A DNA stretch of 24,000 nucleotides. It comes from Candidatus Electrothrix aestuarii. GTDB taxonomy: Bacteria > Desulfobacterota > Desulfobulbia > Desulfobulbales > Desulfobulbaceae. A program made the translations under genes and the position numbers. Of the stretch, positions 7,742-15,465 are shown piece by piece. The first letter of the stretch is position 1, and each line of letters begins with the position of its first letter. The DNA lies in the NCBI GenBank assembly GCA_032595685.2, contig CP159373.1:2886193-2910192 (forward strand). Reading direction: 5' to 3'. The notes beneath the pieces are model-generated. The model saw only the letters and a list, made by a program, of their open reading frames with translations. It had not been told where the DNA came from and made no database searches.

Positions 7742-9112
7742 ATGGATGTAAAGCTCAATAAAATTATCGTCGTCTTATGCAAGAGCATTGGTCAGCGTAA
7801 GGTCTATTTCTCAGAGCATCCCATAATACGGGCGGTCTGCCAGAAGGTTATCTGTGAACTCCAGGCTTTTTTTGCCGCAAGCAAGAAAGAAACCCTGGCT
7901 CTGGGTATTGTGGAGAAAAAATTGGTGTATGAGGGGCATTATCTTTTCGGCCCCAGCATCATGGGCGGGCAACTCATAGAATTTGCCGAGCTGTTGCATT
8001 GCTCCGGTTTTATCTTAAAAAAAGGTGTCAGCGCGCAGGAGATACAACACCTACTTGATCTCACCGATCATCTGGCCCATCCTGTCAACAACCTCCAGGA
8101 AGCTGAAGAATTTCTGCGAAGCCATCAGGTGGAGAATATTCAGCTGGAGGCTGATTGGGTAAAGCCTTCCTCAAACCCTCATGAGGAGCAGGGTGGGCAA
8201 GAGGGAGATGATTCTGAAGAGTTCCACTCGCCGCTTCTTGTGTATCAGGCCTTGTATGATATTGTGGCCAAGTCCTTCTGTGATGTCAGTTTGCAGCGTT
8301 CTCTCGACATAAATGGTGCCCAAACCATCAGCGAATATCTGCTGAATAACTCGAGTTCTGATTTTGCTGATGTGTTGCAATTTGTTGATTATCCTGATCA
8401 TGACAGCTATACGGTGGGGCACTCCGTTAGAGTGGCCACCTTGGCAGTCTTTGTGGCGGAGTCTTTGGGGATAGCACGAGAACAGCTTGTTGATATCGGA
8501 ACCGCAGCCTTATTGCATGATGTGGGAAAGGGGAGGATCCCCTCAGAGATTATTTATAAGCGCGGTAAGCTGACTGATGAAGAGTTCGCCCTTATGCGCT
8601 CTCATCCTGAGTTCGGAGCAGAGATTCTGCTGGAGCACAGAGAGGCAACACCGATGCAGATTGCCGCAGCCTGGGGGCATCATATCCGCTTTGGCGGGGG
8701 CGGATATCCCTCTGCTCCTTCCTGGGTGGTGCGCAGTCATTTTGTTAATTTGATCCAGATTTGTGATGTCTTTGAGGCCTTGACGGCGGTCAGGCCGTAT
8801 AAGCCATCAGTGACTCCCTTGGCCGCCTTCGGCATCATGGTGAATGATAAGGGGGCCTTTGACCCAGGCTTGTTGTCCTCTTTTATTGCAGCGCTTGGTA
8901 TCTATCCTCCGGGCAGTCAGGTTCGCCTCAATAATGGTTTTCTGGCAACGGTTGTTGCCACGGGCAAGGAAATTGATAAACCCAAGGTCCGCATTACCCA
9001 TGATCGAACAGGGGTTGAGGTAGACATGGAGAAAGCCCCGATGGTGGATTTGGGGAAGCAAAGAAAGAAAATGATAGAGGTTGTGGAGATAATACAAGGG
9101 GATTCTGCGTGA
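7742..9112 (+). CDS. HD-GYP domain phosphodiesterase with about 220-aa N-terminal non-catalytic region
   Basis: HSVRVATLAVF, ALLHDVGKGRIP, HPEFGAEIL, HHIRFGGGGYP and ICDVFEALTAVRPYK form a complete HD-GYP motif set. Confidence 0.9.
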   Translation: MDVKLNKIIVVLCKSIGQRKVYFSEHPIIRAVCQKVICELQAFFAASKKETLALGIVEKKLVYEGHYLFGPSIMGGQLIEFAELLHCSGFILKKGVSAQEIQHLLDLTDHLAHPVNNLQEAEEFLRSHQVENIQLEADWVKPSSNPHEEQGGQEGDDSEEFHSPLLVYQALYDIVAKSFCDVSLQRSLDINGAQTISEYLLNNSSSDFADVLQFVDYPDHDSYTVGHSVRVATLAVFVAESLGIAREQLVDIGTAALLHDVGKGRIPSEIIYKRGKLTDEEFALMRSHPEFGAEILLEHREATPMQIAAAWGHHIRFGGGGYPSAPSWVVRSHFVNLIQICDVFEALTAVRPYKPSVTPLAAFGIMVNDKGAFDPGLLSSFIAALGIYPPGSQVRLNNGFLATVVATGKEIDKPKVRITHDRTGVEVDMEKAPMVDLGKQRKKMIEVVEIIQGDSA

Positions 9113-9154
9113 GCCCGGTTTATGCTGGTGTGATGCTTTGAGGGGGTGAGGAAT

Positions 9155-10039
9155 ATGGAGCTGGACGACAGACAAGGACGAGCGCTTCGCTTTGTTGATA
9201 TTGCAGGGATGGAAGAGCTGAAAAAGACCCTGCGTTTGCGCATTATTGAGCCCTTTCAACGCCCGGAGCTTTTTACCCGTTTCCGTAAGGGGGCAGGAGG
9301 CGGAGTGTTGCTCTACGGCCCTCCTGGTTGTGGAAAAACCATGATTGCTCGGGCTGTTGCCGGAGAATGTGGAGTCCCTTTCCATGCGGTGGGCATCAGT
9401 CAGGTACTCAATATGTGGGTGGGTGAGAGCGAAAAGCAGGTTGCTAAAATTTTTACTGTGGCCCGCGAAAAGGCTCCTTCCATCCTTTTTTTTGATGAAC
9501 TGGATGCCCTTGGGTATTCCCGCTCTAAGGCCCGTTCTGATCATACCCGAACGCTGGTTAATGAATTCCTTGCCCAGCTTGATGGGGCAGGAGCGAGCAA
9601 CGAGCGTTTGTTGATCCTTGCTGCTACCAATATGCCTTGGGATATCGACACAGCCATGAAGCGACCTGGGCGTTTCAGTCGTCAGCTTTTCATTTCCCCG
9701 CCGGATGAGGTCGCGCGGGCAGAAATTTTTCATCTTAAACTGAAGGATGTTCCCTGTGATGCAATTGACTATGGTCAACTGGCAGCTCTGACCCCGCTTT
9801 TTTCCGGGGCTGATATTGATGGGGTAGTGGAATATGCCAAGGATGAGGTGCTGGCCGAGATTATTGAGCAAGGAGCTGAGCGCAACATTACCCAGAATGA
9901 CCTGGAACAGGCCTGCCGCGCCTGTCGCCCCACCACCTTGGACTGGCTTGATACGGTGACTACTATGCTCAAATACGGTGGTGATGATTCTGCTTATAGC
10001 GAGGTTAAATCTTATTTGCAGGAGATGGGGAAATTATGA
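9155..10039 (+). CDS. single-module classic-clade AAA+ ATPase (about 294 aa, essentially no N-terminal domain)
   Basis: Walker A is LLYGPPGCGKT and Walker B is ILFFDELD. Also present are WVGESEK, ATNMPWDIDTAMKRPGRF (sensor-1 and arginine-finger region) and SGADI. AGGGGG lies 8 nt upstream of the ATG at 9155. Confidence 0.9.
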   Translation: MELDDRQGRALRFVDIAGMEELKKTLRLRIIEPFQRPELFTRFRKGAGGGVLLYGPPGCGKTMIARAVAGECGVPFHAVGISQVLNMWVGESEKQVAKIFTVAREKAPSILFFDELDALGYSRSKARSDHTRTLVNEFLAQLDGAGASNERLLILAATNMPWDIDTAMKRPGRFSRQLFISPPDEVARAEIFHLKLKDVPCDAIDYGQLAALTPLFSGADIDGVVEYAKDEVLAEIIEQGAERNITQNDLEQACRACRPTTLDWLDTVTTMLKYGGDDSAYSEVKSYLQEMGKL

Positions 10040-10923
10040 GTCCTTTGCCTGAGACAAAAGAGCTTACAGGGGAAGCTGCCCGGAAGGTTCTGTTTCTTAT
10101 CGAGCGCAAGCGATTCCAGGAGGCAGGGCAACTACTCGGAGAGGTCCTGCGGGAAACTCCTGATGATCTTGGTTTGCGTTACGCAGGAGCATTGCTTGAG
10201 TTTGAGCAGGGGCAACCTGAACGTGCAGAGGAAGAAGCACAGAAACTCCTGCTTCGTTATCCCAAAAATGAAGCGGTCCGATATTTGCTTTTTCGTATCG
10301 CCTTGGAACAGGACAATGAAGAGAAGGCGCTGGAGCAGATCAATGGGCTCTGTGGTGATTACCCAGGTCATGCAGGGTATGCGGCTTCCCGAGCTGCGCT
10401 CTTTCTCCTGGCTGAGCGCTTTGAGGAGGCAGGAGTCGAGGCTGGACGGGCCTTACAGCTGGACCCTGAGGCTAAAGCTGCCCAGGAAATCCATGCCCAT
10501 AGTAGCTTGGCTATAGCTGAGACAGACGGGATTGATCGGCAACTGGCTATGCGTTTGCAAGCCGACCCCGAGGCGATGTCTATCCGTTACCTCCTGCTTG
10601 CGGCACTCAATGCCCGTGGTGAATATCTGGAGGGGCTGAAGGTCGCCCAGGGGATGCTGCGAGAAAATCCCCAGGATAAAGAATTGCTGGCTATTGTGAA
10701 GGAGTTCCGTCTGCTTGCCCAGCCTATGCTGTGGCTGTTTCGGCCTTTGCATATGTTGGAACAACGAGGTATTTCACGTAGTATTATTATCGGAGTTGGC
10801 ATTGTTGTCGTGCTCAAATCAGCCTTGCATGGATATCTCCCCTCCTTTGTTGCCCTCCCTCTGCTTATTTATCTGGCTGCCGCCAGTCTCTACCCGCTGG
10901 TCCTGCGGCGATGGCTTGGGTGA
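10036..10923 (+). CDS. TPR-repeat protein with C-terminal membrane anchor (2 predicted TM helices)
   Basis: The start overlaps the AAA+ stop as ATGA (10036-10039). Helical-repeat segments of about 34 aa end in ...P(D/E/K/Q)(D/N/A)... turns: RETPDDLGL, RYPKNEAV, QLDPEAKAA, QADPEAMS, RENPQDKEL. The hydrophobic tail is IIIGVGIVVVL...ALPLLIYLAAASLYPLVL. Confidence 0.75.
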   Translation: MSPLPETKELTGEAARKVLFLIERKRFQEAGQLLGEVLRETPDDLGLRYAGALLEFEQGQPERAEEEAQKLLLRYPKNEAVRYLLFRIALEQDNEEKALEQINGLCGDYPGHAGYAASRAALFLLAERFEEAGVEAGRALQLDPEAKAAQEIHAHSSLAIAETDGIDRQLAMRLQADPEAMSIRYLLLAALNARGEYLEGLKVAQGMLRENPQDKELLAIVKEFRLLAQPMLWLFRPLHMLEQRGISRSIIIGVGIVVVLKSALHGYLPSFVALPLLIYLAAASLYPLVLRRWLG

Positions 10924-10942
10924 GAGGCTGCTCCTTTTTTTT
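10884..10942 (+). terminator. possible intrinsic terminator at the end of the long plus-strand gene run
   Basis: cagtctctaccc (10884-10895) pairs imperfectly with gggtgagaggctg (10918-10930), with one mismatch, one bulge and a 22-nt loop. A T8 run follows at 10935-10942. Confidence 0.4.
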
Positions 10943-11080
10943 CTGAAGCTGGTTTTCTCCCTGAATTTGCAACTCGTGTTGAAAAAAGTACAGGCATATG
11001 TAGTAAAATTGAGTAAAATGTCGTCCCACTTGCTTAAATTGAGAAAATAAAAAAGAAACTATCAGAGAATATCGAGGATT

Positions 11081-11761
11081 ATGCGCAAATTATATACCTT
11101 TCTTGCTGTGAGCTCTTTTCTGGCCCTGAGTTCTCCTGTTTATGCTGAATCCGGCCAGTTTGGTCTGGGGATCAAAGGTGGGACCCAGGGCGTCGGGCTC
11201 GAGCTCAGTATGGATGTAAACTCTTATATAGAAGTCCGGGCTGGTATTAATCAGATCAGTTTTGATTTTGACACCACAATCGGTGATATTGATTATAATT
11301 TCGCTCCGGATTTTTTCACGAGTTCGCTGCTGCTTGACCTGCATCCCTTTGGTAATGCCTTCCGTTTTACCGTTGGTACCTATATCAATAAAAATGAGAT
11401 AGATGTTGATGGTACTTATAGGCAGGACCTGCTTTCGCCGGAGTTAAGTCGCTATGCAGATTTGATTGATCAGGCCCATGTGGTCGGTACGGTGGAGTTT
11501 GAGACCTTTGCGCCGTATCTTGGTATCGGCTGGACGAGTAATCATTATTCTGAGAGCCGTTGGGGAGTGAATATCGATTTGGGAATCATGTTTCAGGGCT
11601 CTCCGCAGGTCACTGAACTCCATGTTGAGGACCCGTGGGGCGTTGGTGATCATCCTGTTGCCGAGGCCTTTGCGGAGCAAGAGCGACAAGAGATAGAAAA
11701 AGAGATTGATGAGTATGAATATTATCCTGTTGCTTCTCTTACGTTGAGTTATAAATTTTAG
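11081..11761 (+). CDS. small outer-membrane beta-barrel-type protein (226 aa) with signal peptide
   Basis: Signal peptide MRKLYTFLAVSSFLALSSPVYA/ES. Alternating hydrophobic beta-strand patterns are present and the C-terminus ends ...LTLSYKF (terminal aromatic, typical of OMPs). GAGGA lies just upstream of the ATG. Confidence 0.7.
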   Translation: MRKLYTFLAVSSFLALSSPVYAESGQFGLGIKGGTQGVGLELSMDVNSYIEVRAGINQISFDFDTTIGDIDYNFAPDFFTSSLLLDLHPFGNAFRFTVGTYINKNEIDVDGTYRQDLLSPELSRYADLIDQAHVVGTVEFETFAPYLGIGWTSNHYSESRWGVNIDLGIMFQGSPQVTELHVEDPWGVGDHPVAEAFAEQERQEIEKEIDEYEYYPVASLTLSYKF

Positions 11762-12024
11762 TTCAGATGCATGCTGGTGTGTTGAGAATGATTTTTTATC
11801 TCTGAAATGGAGAGAGTAAAAAAAATAAAACTTATGCATTCATCAGTTGTAACAAGTCGTGTGATAGGGTATGCTTACTTGTATTAGAAAAGTTTTCTTT
11901 TTTTGTCAGATTTCGGGGGAATATCTGATGATAAGAAGGGAAACAAAGAGGTATAGGTAATGCTTTTTGTGGTGAGAGTAGGTTAGCCTATTTATTGTTG
12001 TTACAAACAGGGAATGTGAGGAGG

Positions 12025-13194
12025 ATGAAAACAGTGAAACTAAAGATTTTGGCACAGGTAACTATTTTGTTATTATTGTCAGTGTGTACTGCTCAAGCCG
12101 CAAGTACGCTGACCGTGATTGGGCGTCATCCATTTTATAAGCCCCCCCTCAAGTCAGTGGATGATCTCAAAAGCATGATGCAGACACAACAGACTGCTAT
12201 CATGGAAGGATTTCAGGAAGCAGGTACTCCTGAGCTGTATACCCCGCTTATGGAGCAGTTTTCCCAGGCACAGATTCAACAAATTGAATATCAGCCGGGA
12301 ACAACGTTTCACTGGATGCTATTCAGGCCTAATGGAACTGGTCCTGTTAAGGCTGCTAAGGATCTTACCTGGGGTGGTAAGGCCGCGCTCAGTGGCTATG
12401 AGTTTTCCATTGATTCTGGTGATAAACGTTATATCTTTGCTGTGCCTCTCTTCTGCGGAAATATCGCTCTGAAAGAGGTTGTACCGGTCATTGTAAAAAC
12501 TGTTCCTGGTCCTCCGCAGATAGTTGAGAAGGTTGTAGAAAAAGTTGTTGAGGTTCCCAAGGTCGTTGAGAAGATCGTCGAAAAGGTAGTCGAGGTTCCT
12601 GGTCCGGTACAGTATAAAGATCGGGTACAGTATAAAGATCGGATCGTTGAGGTTCCTGGGCCGGTACAGTATAAAGATCGGGTCGTTGAGAAGGTTGTTG
12701 AAGTTGAAGCTCCTGCTCCGTGTTGTCCAGCTTGTATTTATCCGCTTCGTTTCGTAGCTGATATGGGATATCTTCGTCTATCTGATCCGGCTGATTACGG
12801 TTTCGGTAGAATCGGTGCTGAGTATGCCTTTAATCAGCGTCTATCCTTTCTGGGTATGATCGGTGGAGCCGCCAAATCTGACGGTAGCGATGGTGATGAC
12901 GCCTGGTTGATTGACCTGATGGTTCAGTATAACCTGTTCTTCCTGCGTGTAGGAGATGCATGGCATCCGGTATTTGTGGGACTGGGTCTCGGTGGTTGGA
13001 TGTCTGACGGTGATGACGATATCGATTCAGAAGATAGCGATGTTGATATCATTGCCCAGGTTGGTGCTCAGCTCTTTGGTTATCAGGATAGCTTCAATAC
13101 TTCACTGTTCTTTGAAGCTCGTTCAGGAGTTGATGAAACTGATGAATTGTCCAAGTACGGACGTTTTGGTGTAGGCCTGCGTTTCCGCTTCTAA
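12025..13194 (+). CDS. secreted or outer-membrane protein with central VEKVVEVP / VQYKDR tandem repeats and an OMP-like C-terminus
   Basis: Signal peptide (M)KTVKLKILAQVTILLLLSVCTAQA/AS. The C-terminus ...FGVGLRFRF is an OMP-type terminal signature. The start is uncertain: the ATG at 12025 abuts the AGGAGG (12019-12024), while the in-frame GTG at 12034 has a better 9-nt spacing. Confidence 0.7.
   Translation: MKTVKLKILAQVTILLLLSVCTAQAASTLTVIGRHPFYKPPLKSVDDLKSMMQTQQTAIMEGFQEAGTPELYTPLMEQFSQAQIQQIEYQPGTTFHWMLFRPNGTGPVKAAKDLTWGGKAALSGYEFSIDSGDKRYIFAVPLFCGNIALKEVVPVIVKTVPGPPQIVEKVVEKVVEVPKVVEKIVEKVVEVPGPVQYKDRVQYKDRIVEVPGPVQYKDRVVEKVVEVEAPAPCCPACIYPLRFVADMGYLRLSDPADYGFGRIGAEYAFNQRLSFLGMIGGAAKSDGSDGDDAWLIDLMVQYNLFFLRVGDAWHPVFVGLGLGGWMSDGDDDIDSEDSDVDIIAQVGAQLFGYQDSFNTSLFFEARSGVDETDELSKYGRFGVGLRFRF
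12519..12711 (+). repeat. in-frame tandem repeat region inside the CDS
   Basis: The 18-nt unit gtacagtataaagatcgg occurs identically at 12607-12624, 12625-12642 and 12664-12681. Degenerate gttgagaaggttgt(t/a)ga(a/g)gttcc units flank it. The protein reads IVEKVVEKVVEVPKVVEKIVEKVVEVPGPVQYKDRVQYKDRIVEVPGPVQYKDRVVEKVVEVEAP. Confidence 0.9.
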
Positions 13195-13260
13195 GAAGTA
13201 CTTCTCATCTCCTCCGCAAAATGAGGGGATAGAAAAAGTTAGGTTGTTTGTTGTATGTAA

Positions 13261-13301
13261 AGAGGGAGATCGAACAGAGCGTTTGATTTCCCTCTTTTTT
13301 T
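13261..13301 (+). terminator. intrinsic terminator downstream of the repeat-OMP gene
   Basis: agagggagatc (13261-13271) pairs with gatttccctct (13285-13295) at 10 of 11 positions. A T-run follows through 13301. Confidence 0.7.
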
Positions 13302-13482
13302 ATGCCTTGCAAAGGCTAAAATCGAGAAGTTTAAATTGGCGTGGGGAAGAGGCACAAAGATAGAAGAGACGATGAAATGAGCAAAAGGGAGAAGAAAAAG
13401 TAGAGTGAACGCCTTGTTCTTTTTTTGGGATAACGCCCAAGGTTTAAGCTTTTCTATATTCGTTTCGCTCGTTGAGAAACAA

Positions 13483-13520
13483 TAAAAAAGGCGGATGTGC
13501 GTACTCCTCGCGCATCCGCC
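13483..13520 (-). terminator. intrinsic terminator for the minus-strand small gene
   Basis: ggcggatgtgcg (13490-13501) pairs with cgcgcatccgcc (13509-13520) as a 12-bp stem with one non-Watson-Crick position. The A6 at 13484-13489 becomes the U-tract on the minus strand. Confidence 0.7.
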
Positions 13521-13565
13521 TTGCTGTGTCTAAGATGTTTTTTCTACCTCTTTATTTCACATTGA

Positions 13566-13838
13566 TTATTCATGCCTTCGTGTGCAGCCAGTCTTGTTCT
13601 GACAGCAGGAAACAAGTAGAAACATATTGTGTTGTTGTTGTCCTTCAATCAGGTTAAAGAATTTTGCCCCAATGTACAACGTAAGCAAAAACAAATAAAT
13701 AGCCACTGAACCGTCAAGTATTCGTTCGAGTAGTGTTGCAAAGCCAGCTTCGACGCGAATATTGATTATAATATATATTAGAACGGCAACTAATGACCAG
13801 TAGGATGTCTTTTTATTGGAACAGCAACCGGTTACCAT
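13566..13838 (-). CDS. small hypothetical membrane protein (90 aa, 2 hydrophobic segments, Cys clusters at both termini)
   Basis: GGAGG lies 8 nt upstream of the ATG (plus-strand cctcc at 13847-13851), and a terminator lies about 45 nt downstream. The protein runs MVTGCCSNKK...SCCQNKTGC. No homology recognised. Confidence 0.55.
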   Translation of the reverse strand: MVTGCCSNKKTSYWSLVAVLIYIIINIRVEAGFATLLERILDGSVAIYLFLLTLYIGAKFFNLIEGQQQHNMFLLVSCCQNKTGCTRRHE

Positions 13839-13971
13839 TTTTACTTCCTCCTTTTACGATACAGCTACTCTTCTCCTTTAATAAGTAGCCTTTGGTTAAA
13901 TAACACACCTTGCAGAAAAGATTCATCTTGTTCTTCATCTTTCTCTTCTTGTTTTTTCCTTCTTAAGATGT

Positions 13972-13981
13972 CCCCCCCCCC
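13972..13981. repeat. C10/G10 homopolymer tract in the pntB-to-small-gene intergenic region
   Basis: Read directly: gatgt-cccccccccc-ttatgggga. It lies about 105 nt downstream of the pntB stop and about 135 nt upstream of the small-gene ATG on the minus strand. Confidence 0.9.
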
Positions 13982-14085
13982 TTATGGGGAGAGAGGATCA
14001 ATAAACTATGAAGGTCGAGTCTCTGGCTGCACACCAGGCGCACCGACTCTCCTTTGGTATAGATTACTTGTATGCGTTGCGCTCT

Positions 14086-15465
14086 TTAATCATTTTTGAA
14101 TTCCGCTACGAGTGCCTGAATTGAGGCTTTGGCATCACCGAAGTACATGCGGGCATTCTCGGCAAAAAAGAGTGCGTTCTGGATGCCAGCAAAGCCTGGA
14201 TTCATGGAGCGCTTCAGCACAATAACCGTCCCGGCACGGTGCGTCTCAATAATGGGCATGCCATAAATTGAACTGGATTCGTCATCCAAAGCAGCAGGAT
14301 TCACTACATCGTTTGCTCCGATAACCACGCAGACATCTACACTGTCCATGCGAGGATTAATCTCATCCATTTCAATTAACTGGTCGTAGGGTACGTTAGC
14401 TTCAGCAAGCAGCACGTTCATGTGACCGGGCATACGTCCGGCAACCGGATGAATGGCGTAACTCACTTCAGTATCGTTTGCTTCCAGTAAGTCACCCAAT
14501 TCTTTTACGGCGTGCTGCGCCTGAGCAACGGCCAAACCATAGCCAGGGACAAAAACAACAGAGCTTGCTGCTTCGAGGATATAGTACACATCCTCAGCTG
14601 AGGCAGGTCGAACCTCACCCTGCGGCCCATCACCAGCATCTGCTGTTGTGGCGCTGCCAAAACCGGAAAAGAGTACGTTGGCCAGGGAGCGATTCATCGC
14701 CTTGCACATAATATTGGTCAGGATAAGTCCAGAGGCACCGACTAAGGCTCCTGCTACAATCAGAATGGTGTTAGAAATAACAAAACCGGCAGCACAGGCA
14801 GCTAGGCCGGAATAGCTGTTGAGTAATGAAATGACCACTGGCATATCAGCTCCGCCAATGGGTATTGTGGAGGTTATGCCGAAGCCCAGGGAGACTAGCA
14901 GGATGAGGATAAAGACAACGTAACCGAAGGTGCTTCCAGAGGTTATACAGAAGACGCCAGCGGCTATGAGAGCGATGCCGAGTATAGCGGCATTAATGAT
15001 GTGCTGTCCTTTAAAGATGACAGCTTTTTGGGTGATCTTGCCGGAAAGCTTGCCAAAGGCGATCATAGAGCCTGTAAAAGTCACTCCACCGATAAAAGTG
15101 GAAAGAAAGGCGACAAGAGCGATAAAAACAGAGAGTTCTCTGCTCTGATGATATTCAGCCCAAGCCAATAGGAGGCTGGAAATACCACCAAAGCCATTGA
15201 AGAGGGCCACCATTTCCGGCATAGCAGTCATTTCGACCTTTATTGCTGCAAAGGCACCAATGCCACTCCCTATGACAATGCCAAGGAAGATCCATTTGTA
15301 ATCCAAGCCTGCATTCATCAAGGTGACGACGATGGCGATCAGCATACCAAGAGAGGAAAGCAGGTTACCACGCCGGGCCGTAGCTGGAGAGCTGAGCATC
15401 TTGAGACCAAAGATGAACAGGGCTGCTGAAATGACATAGATAAAGTTAATAAAAAGAGGGTTCAT
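14086..15465 (-). CDS. pntB: NAD(P) transhydrogenase subunit beta
   Basis: 459 aa with a polytopic N-terminal membrane domain. The C-terminal NADP(H)-binding domain contains VFVPGYGLAVAQAQH, HPVAGRMPGHMNVLLAEA, VIGANDVVNP and GMPI. The start overlaps the pntAB stop. Confidence 0.93.
   Translation of the reverse strand: MNPLFINFIYVISAALFIFGLKMLSSPATARRGNLLSSLGMLIAIVVTLMNAGLDYKWIFLGIVIGSGIGAFAAIKVEMTAMPEMVALFNGFGGISSLLLAWAEYHQSRELSVFIALVAFLSTFIGGVTFTGSMIAFGKLSGKITQKAVIFKGQHIINAAILGIALIAAGVFCITSGSTFGYVVFILILLVSLGFGITSTIPIGGADMPVVISLLNSYSGLAACAAGFVISNTILIVAGALVGASGLILTNIMCKAMNRSLANVLFSGFGSATTADAGDGPQGEVRPASAEDVYYILEAASSVVFVPGYGLAVAQAQHAVKELGDLLEANDTEVSYAIHPVAGRMPGHMNVLLAEANVPYDQLIEMDEINPRMDSVDVCVVIGANDVVNPAALDDESSSIYGMPIIETHRAGTVIVLKRSMNPGFAGIQNALFFAENARMYFGDAKASIQALVAEFKND

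Noticed and set aside
8807-9871. 354-aa ORF on the minus strand spanning the HD-GYP/AAA+ junction
   Set aside because: It is entirely antisense to two plus-strand genes with unambiguous catalytic motifs. Its translation is low-complexity (Arg/Ser/Gly/His-rich) with no motif. This is typical of a shadow ORF.
13472-13657. 61-aa plus-strand ORF
   Set aside because: It runs straight through the 12-bp terminator hairpin and is antisense to the better-supported 90-aa gene.
13813-13938. 41-codon minus-strand upstream ORF (MKNKMNLFCKVCYL...) overlapping the start of the 90-aa gene
   Set aside because: It was found by hand in the purine-rich leader. There is no independent support, and it is too short to evaluate.
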